Origin: Dehalococcoidia bacterium
GTDB lineage: Bacteria; Chloroflexota; Dehalococcoidia; Lucifugimonadales; UBA3495
NCBI GenBank assembly: GCA_965197665.1
Contig: CBDANO010000004.1
Coordinates: forward strand, 447,885 to 511,884
Reading direction: 5' to 3'
Length of the DNA: 64,000 nt
Every line of letters starts with the position of its first letter. The stretch's first letter is position 1. The translations under genes were made by a program, and so were the position numbers. The notes under the pieces are model-generated. The model saw only the letters and a program-made list of their open reading frames with translations, did no database searches and had not been told where the DNA came from. Shown piece by piece: positions 18,158 through 28,165 of this stretch.

Positions 18158-19975
18158 CTACTCGTTGGAAATATAGGCGTACCTGAACCTGGGAATGACC
18201 AGCGGGAACAAGTAATAGTCTTTGACGTTGGGCTTGAGCAGGGCATAACCGCTGCCGCTGTGCCAGAGGGGGACCCACGGGGCGTCTTCCAGGATCATCT
18301 CCTCGACTTTGTTGTATATCTCAAACCGGGCGGTTTCATCAGACTCCGTTCTTGCTGCTTCCAGCAAGTGGTCCACTTCTGGATTGGAATACCTGGTGTG
18401 ATTGTTGGCGCTCTCCGAATGGAATAGTACATCCAGGAAGTTCTCCGGGTCCGGGTAGTCGGCTATCCAACCCATTCCGCCAAACATTTGGAAGCGCTTC
18501 CGCTTCAGATCATCCAAGAAGGTAGCCCATTCAGTCTGCAAAAACTCTATCTCGAGTCCCAAGTTTTCCCGCCATGACTGGACTACGGCCTCCATGACGG
18601 GGCTCACCGGGGCACCGAAGGAGCCGGGCACGGTCATTACTATGCGAGGAATCTCGTCCAGGTTATCCCCGTACTTCGATTCCCTAAGCAGTTGCTTGGC
18701 TTTTTCCGGATCATACTCATAGCCCCGGACGTCCGGATTGTACCCGGGAAATGAAGGCGGCAGTATGCCTTTGGCGGGCCTGTCCAGCCCTTCGAGTAGA
18801 ATGGCGGTCAGCGTCTCCTTATCCACAGCATAGTTCATGGCTTGGCGCACCTTCGGATCGTCGAAGGGAGGCTCAGTGGAGTTCATACCCACGTAAGACA
18901 CGTCAAAGCTCGGAGGAGCCTGTATGACTTCTTTGCTCAATGGGTTCGAAGGGTCTAGGACGGCCTCCACGTTGAGCAGGCCCACTCCGGTCACGTGGAC
19001 CTCGTCGTTTTCGTACATCAGCAGGGCGTTGCCGCCGCTAAGAATGAACTGGACTTCCGCTAACTTAGGCGGGCCCAAGTGATAGGCCTCGTTGCGGGTC
19101 AAACGCAGGGTTTCACCGGGCTCGTACTCGGTGAGCCGGAAGGGTCCCGTGCCGTTGGGCTCTCTGAACCATTGCGGGTTGCCTTCGACGTTGTTCCGGT
19201 CCAGCACGAAGGTCGCCGGGTAGGTTAGCTTGGACAGGAAATACGCCTTGGGCGCATCTATGGTGAGAGACAAAGTATGATCGTCAATCACCCGGACTCC
19301 CTCCACGTTGGAGGCCAAGCCTCGCTGCCTGTCTCTGAAACCGACAATGTCTCCCAGGAAGTTATCCGCCAATACCGCCTCGGTTTCCGGGTCGGCAATC
19401 CTCTCTATGGACCACTTGAAGTCCTCGGCGGTCACCGGCCGGCCGTCATGGAACTTGGCGTCCTCTCTCAAGTGGAAGGTGTAGGTCCTTCCATCGTCGC
19501 TTACGTCCCAGTCCTTGGCCAAGTCCCCCACGATCCTTATTTGCTGGTCCTGGGTATTCTTGGGGTTCTCCGCCTCCAGGGTTAGCAGTCCTCCGAATAT
19601 TTCCACGACGTAAAGGGAAGAGAAAGTGTCCCCGGATAGATGGGGGTCCAGAGTGGGCGGCTCGGGCCCCAACCGTATCAAGGTTGCGTCCTCGGCCACT
19701 TCAGGCTGTGTGACGGCAACGGTGGGAGGCAGTCTCGTGGGCCTGGGAGTCGGCGAAACCCTTTCGGGTAAAGGAGTCGACGGCGGGAGTGTTGGTGGCG
19801 TTGTTGCCGTTGGATTGGCCGTGGTGTCGGCCGTTGGGCTGGCCGCGGCGTCGGCAGTGGGCGCCTCGGTAGGCGCCGCACTTGGCGCGCCAGAGGGTCC
19901 CTCCGGCGTCGACTCCGAACCGCAGGCCATGACGGCGACCAGTAGAAGGCATGCAAGGATAAAAGGCCACTTCAT
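18158..19975 (-). CDS. Peptide/nickel ABC transporter substrate-binding lipoprotein (family 5)
   Basis: Lipobox VMAC; TLDP, YTFHLREDAKFHDGRPVTAEDF, NGTGPF, PPFDDPKVRQA, WIADYPDP. Confidence 0.92.
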   Translation of the reverse strand: MKWPFILACLLLVAVMACGSESTPEGPSGAPSAAPTEAPTADAAASPTADTTANPTATTPPTLPPSTPLPERVSPTPRPTRLPPTVAVTQPEVAEDATLIRLGPEPPTLDPHLSGDTFSSLYVVEIFGGLLTLEAENPKNTQDQQIRIVGDLAKDWDVSDDGRTYTFHLREDAKFHDGRPVTAEDFKWSIERIADPETEAVLADNFLGDIVGFRDRQRGLASNVEGVRVIDDHTLSLTIDAPKAYFLSKLTYPATFVLDRNNVEGNPQWFREPNGTGPFRLTEYEPGETLRLTRNEAYHLGPPKLAEVQFILSGGNALLMYENDEVHVTGVGLLNVEAVLDPSNPLSKEVIQAPPSFDVSYVGMNSTEPPFDDPKVRQAMNYAVDKETLTAILLEGLDRPAKGILPPSFPGYNPDVRGYEYDPEKAKQLLRESKYGDNLDEIPRIVMTVPGSFGAPVSPVMEAVVQSWRENLGLEIEFLQTEWATFLDDLKRKRFQMFGGMGWIADYPDPENFLDVLFHSESANNHTRYSNPEVDHLLEAARTESDETARFEIYNKVEEMILEDAPWVPLWHSGSGYALLKPNVKDYYLFPLVIPRFRYAYISNE

Positions 19976-20541
19976 GTTGTCACCCGCCAATCTCGGACCA
20001 TTGGTATATTCTCCTCCGGTATCCTACGGGGTCCTTCGCTGGCACATCCGGCCATTCCCTCTAGGCCTTTCGAGTGAGAAATCGGTCCAGTCATCTAGTA
20101 TTGGGCGCACCGCGTGCTATCCTTGGCTGGAACCGTAGCTTGAAAAACAAGCGGGAGCTGCGTTTACAAGATACTACGTCACCCAATACCGCGCCGGATT
20201 TGAACCCAAAGCCCAAGGCAAGAAGCCCGACGCAGGCGCATTTTAACATGCGGGAAACCCGGTGGAGCCGGAGCATAACACGTCATTCCCGTCGTACCGC
20301 GTCGGCGGTTCACCGCGGCGAATCTACCGGAGGTACGACCGGAATGAGGGTTTGGGCGCCAAAGGCAGGCTGTGCCATACGAATTAAAAGGCGATTGCCC
20401 TGAACTCCTGACCGCTCTCCGTCGACAGCGGCTTGGAGAGTGGGGCGTTTGACAGGCCACGGGAATTCTGGTACCAAACAGGCTGGCCTAATCGATGACG
20501 CCGCCGATTCACCGCGGCAATGCGGACACCCGGAGCCCTGG

Positions 20542-21477
20542 ATGTCAATGATGAACAATTGCCCCGGAGGACTACCGTCCCCACCCGGACCGGTGGAGGT
20601 AGTTTGCTTCGGGATGCTTTGCTACTGCCATTTACTGGTGGTGGATGCTCCGCTGGTCCGAAATGGGGGAACGAGGATCAAGCAGAGCGTGGAATCCTTT
20701 GGCGACGACGCCGCTATAGTGGCGTCCCTCCTCGCCCAATGGGAGGTGCCGGCAGGATTTATCAGCACCGCTCTGGGCGATGATGAGTCGGGCCGCAGAT
20801 TGGCCCAAAGATTGCGAGCTACCGGTATGCACGGGGAATTCCGGTTTTCCAAGAGATTCTCCACCGACCTAGAGGTTAGCATCGTAGACCCCGGAGGCGC
20901 CCGGACCTACTTGCAGGAACGGAACCCCGAGGTTTTGGCAACCCTGGCCCACGCCGACCTCGCCATGCTCGACGACGCTAAGTTCTTGTACATCGACTGG
21001 TACGACGGTGACTATATATTAGGGGCCATGCGGCGGGCCCATAATCTGGGGCTTACCGTCTACCTCAACATAGAGTCCCGCTACAACGACCTAGCCTTGC
21101 TGGGGCGCCTGGCGCCCTACGCGACCGTTTGCCAGGTCTCGACCGATGAACCCGGGGACCAGGAAGCGCCGGACCGCATCATCGATCTATTGCTGGAGTC
21201 GGGAATACACACAGTCGTCATTACCGGGGGCCGGCGAAACTGCCTCGTCGTGAATACGGCGGAGCGGGTATCGGTGAAGCCTCCCAGGCTGTCGGTGGTG
21301 GATGGATACGGCGCCGGAGCGGCCTTCTCCGCCGCCTTCATATTGGGCAGCCTGCGGGGGTGGGCCTTGGAGAAACGGACACGGTTCGCAATCGCCGCGG
21401 CCAGCCTGAAATGCAGCGTAGCCGGTAACGTAGCGTTCCCAATCCCGGAGATCGAGGCCCTTGCGGACCGGTTATAG
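20542..21477 (+). CDS. PfkB family carbohydrate kinase
   Basis: LGDDESG, VITGG, VVDGYGAGAAFSAAF (variant of DTxGAGDxF); start uncertain. Confidence 0.8.
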   Translation: MSMMNNCPGGLPSPPGPVEVVCFGMLCYCHLLVVDAPLVRNGGTRIKQSVESFGDDAAIVASLLAQWEVPAGFISTALGDDESGRRLAQRLRATGMHGEFRFSKRFSTDLEVSIVDPGGARTYLQERNPEVLATLAHADLAMLDDAKFLYIDWYDGDYILGAMRRAHNLGLTVYLNIESRYNDLALLGRLAPYATVCQVSTDEPGDQEAPDRIIDLLLESGIHTVVITGGRRNCLVVNTAERVSVKPPRLSVVDGYGAGAAFSAAFILGSLRGWALEKRTRFAIAAASLKCSVAGNVAFPIPEIEALADRL

Positions 21478-21551
21478 TTGGGGGGCCGACGTCCGGAAGA
21501 AACCGGCGTGGGAGGAGCGATTGGTTGCCGGGGTCTTTGCAATAAGGGGCG

Positions 21552-22241
21552 TTAGGTTTTTCTAACCCAGAAAGCGCAGTGCCGCATCGGCTTGGGGTCT
21601 TTGAAATATAGAAAGCCGCCCATGCGGCCTCTCGAGTCCGCTTTGATCAACTTGCAACCGCAGCCTTCGAGGACCTGGAGGAGCCGCTTTTCATCGTAGA
21701 GCCCGAAGGTGCGGTCTATTCCGTCTTTTCCATAAGCAGCGTCGACAACGGTCTCGACCCCGTTGCCGTTCTTGAACATCAACTGCAACACGCCCCCCGG
21801 GCGGAGGACCCGGGTCAACTCAGGCAAGGTGACTCTCTTGGTCACGGTTTCGGGAATGTGCTGGATCACAGCGTTGCACATAGCCAGGTCGAAGAAAGCA
21901 TCGGGGTAGGGGAGCGCGTGCCCGATATCGGACACCTGAAGCCGGTCGGCGATTTCAGGATGTAGGTCTTTGGCCATCTGTATATTCTCGGCCACGGCGT
22001 CAACTCCATACATGTCGAAACCGCGGCTCCGCATCAAATGAACGTCCCTGGCGCCGGCGCCGCAGCCTGCATCCAGACCTCGAGGACCGGGGGCCAATTC
22101 CATCAAGCGGTTCAGCAGGTCCATGTCCCCCTTGAGGTTACGATGGGAGCAGTCGGTATACACGGAGTGGACAAATCCATGGGACAATTCCGAGTACCGC
22201 TGGTTATAGCGCCGGTAGAAATCGAGGGCTTCGGTGGTCAT
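21552..22241 (-). CDS. Class I SAM-dependent methyltransferase
   Basis: LDAGCGAG motif I, FDLAMCNAVIQH, RVLRPGG. Confidence 0.88.
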   Translation of the reverse strand: MTTEALDFYRRYNQRYSELSHGFVHSVYTDCSHRNLKGDMDLLNRLMELAPGPRGLDAGCGAGARDVHLMRSRGFDMYGVDAVAENIQMAKDLHPEIADRLQVSDIGHALPYPDAFFDLAMCNAVIQHIPETVTKRVTLPELTRVLRPGGVLQLMFKNGNGVETVVDAAYGKDGIDRTFGLYDEKRLLQVLEGCGCKLIKADSRGRMGGFLYFKDPKPMRHCAFWVRKT

Positions 22242-22375
22242 CTACACCTCCCTTGAGCTTGAACGGCAGATAGACCTATCGACCGCGAGTTTAGGCAGCA
22301 TCGCTTCCACTGCCCAAGCAGTCCGTTGCGGTGCTGAATATATTCGCCGCCGCTTGGTATGTCAAGTTGCACGGC

Positions 22376-22512
22376 GGCCCTGTACCGGGGGTTTACGGTT
22401 TGGGACTTACCGGCGGCCAAGGTCCGACATAACCCGTCTTCAACGAGAGAAATGGAGTGGGGCAACCTTGCGTTACGTCTGGACGGGCGATAAAAAACCT
22501 GCAGACGCGGTT
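22376..22512 (+). repeat. Dispersed element, copy D (degenerate left end, central palindrome absent)
   Basis: ACCCGTCTTCAACGAGAGAAATGGAG joined directly to TGGGGCAACCTTGCGTTACGTCTGGACGGGCGATAAAAAACCTGCAGACGCGGTT; left boundary approximate. Confidence 0.8.
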
Positions 22513-23626
22513 AGCTAACGAAAATATCCAGGGGTAGAAACGCCGATACTACGAAGTTGGGCACGTCTACGACCTCGCTGATCTTCAAGTCGACGGCCAC
22601 GCTGCAAATGCAGTAGGCCTGCTCCCGGGACCAACCTCTTTCTTGAAGTAGCTGTATCATGGTTAGCAAAGCGTTCTTTGCCGCTAGGGTCGCGTTCTCG
22701 GACTCGTTGACCCCGTCGGCTATGCACATGCCGGTGGAGGCCAGGAAACGGCGCGGGGCGGCCATTTCGGGGCTGGTGAAGTAGTCGTCCCGCTCGAAAA
22801 TGGGGAATTGCAGGTTTCGCCTCGCCGCCTCGCCTTTGCGGACCTGGAAGCTGGCGTGAAAGGTGCAGTCCATCTCGATGGCCGTGCCGCAGCACTCCGA
22901 GTCGCCTTGGGCGTAGTGGCCGTCTCCCGCGGAAAACAAGGCCCCTTCGGTAAAAACGGGCAGCAACAACCTGGTACCGGCGGTAAGCTGCTTGATGTCC
23001 ATATTGCCGCCGTGTTCCCTGGGGGGAATGGTCCGCAGCCCCTCGGAAGCTATGGGTTCGGCGGCCGGCACAGCGCCGGCGGGGTTGGGGCCCACCACGG
23101 CGCCGCCCCGCCGGAGCAGCTCGTCCTCTCGCAATTCAATCTCTCGCCGCATCTCCCGGGACGGGGCGACGCCTATCGTTCCCATGAAGGACGCCTCCGA
23201 AATCCGCACCCCGGGGAGCTGGGGGGATTCGGCGAACCCGTCCTTCATGTTCCAATGGACTATGTACGGTTCCAAGAAGTAGTCCCTGAGAAAACCGAAC
23301 CCGGGGATTATCACGGTGAATCCCCAGCTTCCCGGTTCGATCCGGAGGATGTTAACCTCGAGCAAGTCCCCCGGCTCCGCGCCTTGGACGTAGACCGGGC
23401 CGGTCAAAGGGTGGACCAACCCCAGGTCTATGGCGCCCAAGTCTCCGGCTTTGGAGCTTGGCGTAACCCCCCCGTCGATGGCATTCCTAGTCTGAAGGAC
23501 GACTTCTTCACCTGGGGCCGCCTCCAAGACCGGGGGTATGTCGGGGTGCCAACGGTTATGTCCCTTGGTGGGCTCGTCGGCGCATTGCTTGGTATAGTCC
23601 AACTCGATGCTTTTCAATTTCTTCAC
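22511..23626 (-). CDS. Acetamidase/formamidase family protein
   Basis: HNRWHPDIPP, HPLTGPV, PPREHGGNMD, GDGHYAQGDSE, SEVVDVPN motifs. Confidence 0.92.
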   Translation of the reverse strand: MKKLKSIELDYTKQCADEPTKGHNRWHPDIPPVLEAAPGEEVVLQTRNAIDGGVTPSSKAGDLGAIDLGLVHPLTGPVYVQGAEPGDLLEVNILRIEPGSWGFTVIIPGFGFLRDYFLEPYIVHWNMKDGFAESPQLPGVRISEASFMGTIGVAPSREMRREIELREDELLRRGGAVVGPNPAGAVPAAEPIASEGLRTIPPREHGGNMDIKQLTAGTRLLLPVFTEGALFSAGDGHYAQGDSECCGTAIEMDCTFHASFQVRKGEAARRNLQFPIFERDDYFTSPEMAAPRRFLASTGMCIADGVNESENATLAAKNALLTMIQLLQERGWSREQAYCICSVAVDLKISEVVDVPNFVVSAFLPLDIFVS

Positions 23627-23911
23627 CTCGCCGCAAACTGCTGCAAACTCCTTTAGAAACTCCTTATTGAAGAAGCAGCATTATAGCTTACTCCGGTTGG
23701 CCGCCCAACTACCGGTCAATCGACGCAAGCCGTCAGCCGGGGCACTGCCCGTGAACGGTTTCGGCCGGAGCGCCCCAGGTTGACGGTCTCGCCGAAACCC
23801 TGGATACTGGCCGAGGCGGCCTCTCGTCGAGTTGACCGGCAAGAAGATAGCAAGACTGGGCTTCATAGGCCGTTACCGCGGCCCAATATCCCACCCAAAG
23901 GAGGAAGGAAC

Positions 23912-24781
23912 ATGCGAGTTGGCGCGATTTTCCCGCAGCTTGAAATCGGCGCGGACCCGGCGGGAGTACGAGATTTTGCTCAAGCTACCGAGTCCCTGGG
24001 CTACGATCACTTGCTGGCCTTCGACCACGTGCTGGGGGCCGACGCCAGCAAACGAGATAAATGGGAGTGGCCCTATAGCCACGTCGACATGTTCCATGAG
24101 GTCTTCGTAATGTTCGGTTACCTGGCCGGGTTCACCGAGAAGGTCGAGTTGACCACCGGGGTCCTGATTTTGGGCCAACGCCAGACGGCTCTGGTAGCCA
24201 AGCAAGCCGCCGAGGTGGATGTCTTGAGCGGCGGCAGGCTTCGCCTGGGGATCGGCGTAGGCTGGAACGCCGTAGAGTACGAAGCTCTGGGGGAGAGCTT
24301 CCGGAACCGGGGACGCCGCTGTGAGGAGCAAATCGAGCTTATGCGCACCCTTTGGACCGACGACGTGGTGACCTTCCAAGGCCGCTACCATCAAGTCACC
24401 GACGCCGGAATCAATCCCTTGCCGGTGCAGAGGCCGATTCCCGTCTGGTTTGGCGGCGGGGCCGAGGCGGTAGTCCGCCGCTTGGCCCGCATCGGCGACG
24501 GCTGGTTCCCGTCGTTTGAACCCGACGGCGCCGGACAAGAACGCATGGGGCAGATGTGGGAATATGCCAAGCAGGCCGGGCGCGACCCCAAGGAAGTAGG
24601 CGTCGAGGGGCGCATCAGCTTGGCCGACCAGAAAGACCCTGACGAATGGCAAAAGTCAGCCGAAGCCTGGAAGAGGGCTGGCGCTAGTCACGTGACAGTC
24701 AACACGATGGGCGTAGGTCTGGAGGGGCCGGGGCAACACATCGAGGCCATCAGCAAGTTCAAGGAGGCCGTTTCCGGCTAA
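23912..24781 (+). CDS. LLM-class (probably F420-dependent) oxidoreductase
   Basis: LGYDHL..FDHV, LVAKQAAEVDVLSGGRLRLGIGVGW, PVQRPIPVWFGG; SD AGGAGG. Confidence 0.9.
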   Translation: MRVGAIFPQLEIGADPAGVRDFAQATESLGYDHLLAFDHVLGADASKRDKWEWPYSHVDMFHEVFVMFGYLAGFTEKVELTTGVLILGQRQTALVAKQAAEVDVLSGGRLRLGIGVGWNAVEYEALGESFRNRGRRCEEQIELMRTLWTDDVVTFQGRYHQVTDAGINPLPVQRPIPVWFGGGAEAVVRRLARIGDGWFPSFEPDGAGQERMGQMWEYAKQAGRDPKEVGVEGRISLADQKDPDEWQKSAEAWKRAGASHVTVNTMGVGLEGPGQHIEAISKFKEAVSG

Positions 24782-24833
24782 TACCGGAGCAGGCCCGAGT
24801 GGTTCTCGCCCATTCAAGACCAAGAAATTGAGG

Positions 24834-26030
24834 CTAGTGCCGGAAGAGAGTCAAGACCCGGTCCAATATCCGATGGCCTACCTCATATTTGGTCAGCAGG
24901 GGCAACTCCTCTATCCCCAGGTCTCTGTCGATCAGGACCACTCTGTTGGTGTCGACGCCAAAACCGCTGTCGGCGGCGGTAATGTCATTGGCCGCTATCA
25001 AGTCCAGGCCCTTGCTCCGCACCTTTGACTTGGCGTTCGGCAACAGGTCCCCGCTCTCCGCGGAAAACCCAACCTTGACGAAGCTGCCCGTTGCCGCTTC
25101 CAGAATATCCACGGTCTTGGTTAAATCGACGGATAGACCGTCGCCGGACTTCTTGATCTTCCGGTCCGACGGGGCGACGGGGCGGTAGTCGGCCACGGCG
25201 GCGGCCATGATTAGTGCGTCTGCATGTTGGACCTGCCGCAACACGGCATCGCACATTTCCTGAGCCGTTCTTACCCTTATCGTGTTTATTAGGGCCGGGT
25301 CCGCCAGTCCGGCCGCGGCTGTGACCAGAACGACGGCCGCGCCCCGGTCCCGGGCGGCCTCGGCCAAAGCGTAGCCCATTTTCCCCGAGGAGTGGTTTGT
25401 GATCACCCGGACCGGGTCGATGGCCTCCATGGTCCCGCCGGCGCTAACCACGATGGTCCGGCCGGCCAAGTCTCCCCCTATTCCCAGCGTCGCGGCGGCG
25501 TGGCCGATTAGCTCGGGCGTCTCCAGAAGCCGCCCCATGCCCGTCAGTCCCGACGAAAGCCTACCGGAGGCGGGCCCGGCGATGACCACTCCCCTGTCCC
25601 TGAGCTTGGCCAGGTTCTCCTGAGTGGCCGGGTGGTCGTACATGTTGCCGTCCATGGCCGGGGCCGCCAAGACCGGCGCCTTGGTCGCAATCACCGTGGT
25701 TGTGAGGGCGTCGTCGGCCAAGCCAAGGGCCAGCTTGGCGATGCAATGGACGGTGGCGGGCGCAATTACTACCAGGTCGGCCCGCTGGGCCAGAGCCACG
25801 TGCTCGCTGCCGAACTCCGAGTTGCTGTCGAAGCCGTCGGTCACCACCTCCCGGTGAGTAATAGCGCGGAAGGCCAGGGGCGTTACGAACTTGGTGGCCC
25901 CGTAGCTCATTATCGTATCCACCAACGCGCCGGCCTGGGTCATCTTGCTTGCCAAGTCCAAGGCTTTATAGCAAGCGATGCTGCCGGTTACTCCGAGGAC
26001 TATGTGTTTGTTCGATAGCGGTCCGGCCAC
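24834..26030 (-). CDS. coaBC: Phosphopantothenoylcysteine decarboxylase/ligase
   Basis: GVTGSIACYK, APAM, AGGTMEAIDPVRVITNHSSGKMG, AAVADY, VGFSAE. Confidence 0.95.
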   Translation of the reverse strand: MAGPLSNKHIVLGVTGSIACYKALDLASKMTQAGALVDTIMSYGATKFVTPLAFRAITHREVVTDGFDSNSEFGSEHVALAQRADLVVIAPATVHCIAKLALGLADDALTTTVIATKAPVLAAPAMDGNMYDHPATQENLAKLRDRGVVIAGPASGRLSSGLTGMGRLLETPELIGHAAATLGIGGDLAGRTIVVSAGGTMEAIDPVRVITNHSSGKMGYALAEAARDRGAAVVLVTAAAGLADPALINTIRVRTAQEMCDAVLRQVQHADALIMAAAVADYRPVAPSDRKIKKSGDGLSVDLTKTVDILEAATGSFVKVGFSAESGDLLPNAKSKVRSKGLDLIAANDITAADSGFGVDTNRVVLIDRDLGIEELPLLTKYEVGHRILDRVLTLFRH

Positions 26031-26218
26031 AATTTCCCCTAGGGCCGAGTGGGCTCGGTCAGGCCTTTGGTCAAACGCCCGGTCGGGACCCCGGGGTTAC
26101 CCGCAGGAAGAGGCGGGCTCATCTCTGCCTAACAATGGCAACCTGCCCAAGGTTGGCCCCGTTACGCCCGGCCTCGCGTTTGATCGCTGGGATTGGACGA
26201 ATCGCATTTGGTCAGGGG

Positions 26219-27025
26219 CTAACGCCCCTTGGCGTCCGGCTGCAAGGATGACACCGCCGGTTGCTGTTTCATTTCATGAATCAGCCGCAGGCCGATGAGA
26301 GTCAAGTCAGGGTTAATGTGGTCGAAGATCCGCGATTCCTGGGATATGATGTCGGCCAAGCCCCCGGTCCCGACCACCTTGGAGTGTTGGCCCAACTCTT
26401 GCTTGAACCGCGCTACTATCCCTTCCACCAATCCGGCGTACCCGAAGACCAGCCCCGACTGGAGGGCCAAAGACGTGTTCTGGCCGATGGCCGATTTGGG
26501 GGCAACAAGTTCCACACGGCGCAGTTGGGAAGTGTTGAGGAACAGGGCTTCGGCGGCCACCTGAACCCCGGGAGCGATGGCGCCGCCCAAGTACACGCCC
26601 TCTTTCGAGATTGCGTCGAAAACGGTGGCGGTGCCAAAGTCCACGACGATTACCGGTGCGCCGTACAACTCGATGGCGGCCACCGCGTCCACTATCCGGT
26701 CGGAGCCGACGTCCCGCGGGTTATCGTATTGAATACGAAGCCCGGTGCGCACGCCGGCCGAGACCCACAAGGGCTTGGCGCCAAAGAAGACGCGGCACAC
26801 TTGGTCGAGGATGGGAGTCAACGGCGGTACCACGCTGCACATGCTGACGCGATCGATACCGGCCGGGTCCACTCCATTGAGGTTTAGCAGGTTGGTGATC
26901 AACAAACCGTACTCATCGGCCAACCTGCGAGTGTCGGTGGCAATCCGCAAAGTGGTGGTCAGCCGTTCCCCGTCGAACACTCCCAGGGTGAGCATACTGT
27001 TACCGATGTCGATGGCAAGCAACAT
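26219..27025 (-). CDS. coaX: Type III pantothenate kinase
   Basis: AIDIGNS, SVVP, GSDR, VVDFGTAT, GGAIAPG, TGG motifs. Confidence 0.95.
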   Translation of the reverse strand: MLLAIDIGNSMLTLGVFDGERLTTTLRIATDTRRLADEYGLLITNLLNLNGVDPAGIDRVSMCSVVPPLTPILDQVCRVFFGAKPLWVSAGVRTGLRIQYDNPRDVGSDRIVDAVAAIELYGAPVIVVDFGTATVFDAISKEGVYLGGAIAPGVQVAAEALFLNTSQLRRVELVAPKSAIGQNTSLALQSGLVFGYAGLVEGIVARFKQELGQHSKVVGTGGLADIISQESRIFDHINPDLTLIGLRLIHEMKQQPAVSSLQPDAKGR

Positions 27026-27195
27026 GGTGGTTTCAGGGCCGTTTCACGGCTGTTGAGGCTATTTGTGAAGCCGATTATACGTTACGCTTCCCACAGCAGC
27101 AACGCAAGCTATGGGTTTGGATGGAGGGAAGTGCAAAACTGACGCTGGGCCAGGGCGGTGATGTTAGGATGGAAGCATCCTAAAAGAGAGGTTTC

Positions 27196-27468
27196 ATGAT
27201 CGTGGTAAAGGAAACGAGGATTGTCTTTGATCTGAGCGACACCAAGGCTCTCCGGCTGAAGTACTCGCATTGCGGGAGAGAAGCTGTTCTACCCATTGCG
27301 AGAACCGAGGTCCCGAAGCAGTGCCCGTTATGTCACAACGATTGGGAGGTAGACTATCCTGGCAACAGTCGAGGGGATAACTGGCAGCTTGTGGACGTCA
27401 TGCAGAGGTTTCTGAAAGCAGAGCATCCTCGAATGACCGTCCGTTTCGAGGTCGACGGCGAAGGGTAA
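27196..27468 (+). CDS. Small hypothetical protein with possible Zn-binding motif
   Basis: 90-aa ORF with SD GAGG; HCG...CPLCH. Confidence 0.6.
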   Translation: MIVVKETRIVFDLSDTKALRLKYSHCGREAVLPIARTEVPKQCPLCHNDWEVDYPGNSRGDNWQLVDVMQRFLKAEHPRMTVRFEVDGEG

Positions 27469-27516
27469 CCTGCGAGGCGGGCCTGGGGAATCAGACGAAA
27501 ACCCCCGCAGTAACTC

Positions 27517-27544
27517 TTGACACGGTAGCAGGCCGTGGCATGAT
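27517..27544 (+). promoter_or_regulatory. hicAB promoter, probably giving a leaderless transcript
   Basis: TTGACA-16 nt-CATGAT with TG extension; ATG begins 7 nt after the end of the -10; no SD. Confidence 0.5.
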
Positions 27545-27550
27545 GATGAT

Positions 27551-27790
27551 ATGGACAGGGCGGCAGAGCAAATAAGACAGAACCCCCGCAACGTCCGCTT
27601 CAACGACCTTCGTAAAGTCTGCGACTGGTACTTCGGGGAACCCCGGCAGAGGGGCAGCCACCTGATATACCAGACGCCCTGGCAGGGCCAGCCTGTGGTC
27701 AACATCCAGTCCCACAGGGGCATGGCGAAGGTCTACCAGGTTCGGCAGGTACTCAAAGCAATCGACAAACTGGAGGAGCTTGATGGCTGA
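27551..27790 (+). CDS. hicA: HicA family toxin
   Basis: NPRNVRFNDL, RQRGSH, AKVYQVRQVL motifs. Confidence 0.85.
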   Translation: MDRAAEQIRQNPRNVRFNDLRKVCDWYFGEPRQRGSHLIYQTPWQGQPVVNIQSHRGMAKVYQVRQVLKAIDKLEELDG

Positions 27791-27998
27791 GATTTCAGAC
27801 CGATACACCTATCGGGTCTTCTGGTCTGAGGAGGACCAGGAATACGTCGGGGCGTGTGAGGAGTTCGAGTTGCTCAGTCACTTGGACGATACGCCGGAGA
27901 AAGCATTTGCGGGCATCCGTGACCTGGTGGCTTCCTCAGTCCAATGGTTGCGTGAGGAAAACAGGCCGGTGCCCGACCCGACACCCGCCAAGGTCTAG
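27783..27998 (+). CDS. hicB: HicB family antitoxin (short, no C-terminal DNA-binding domain)
   Basis: YTYRVFWSEEDQEYVG..EF..LS...DTPEKA; overlaps hicA. Confidence 0.85.
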   Translation: MAEISDRYTYRVFWSEEDQEYVGACEEFELLSHLDDTPEKAFAGIRDLVASSVQWLREENRPVPDPTPAKV

Positions 27999-28165
27999 GC
28001 GAGCTTTGTTACCAGCCCCGGCCTCCGTACCAAGAGCCAAGACCCCGACGGGTCATTGTCATCCAACCCAACGAGTGGACCACGAATTCCCCTCTTTAGG
28101 GGGAGAGGCGGCGCGGCCTCTCTATGACGGAACTGGAACGCTAGTAAATACGTGAGAAGGAGTCC

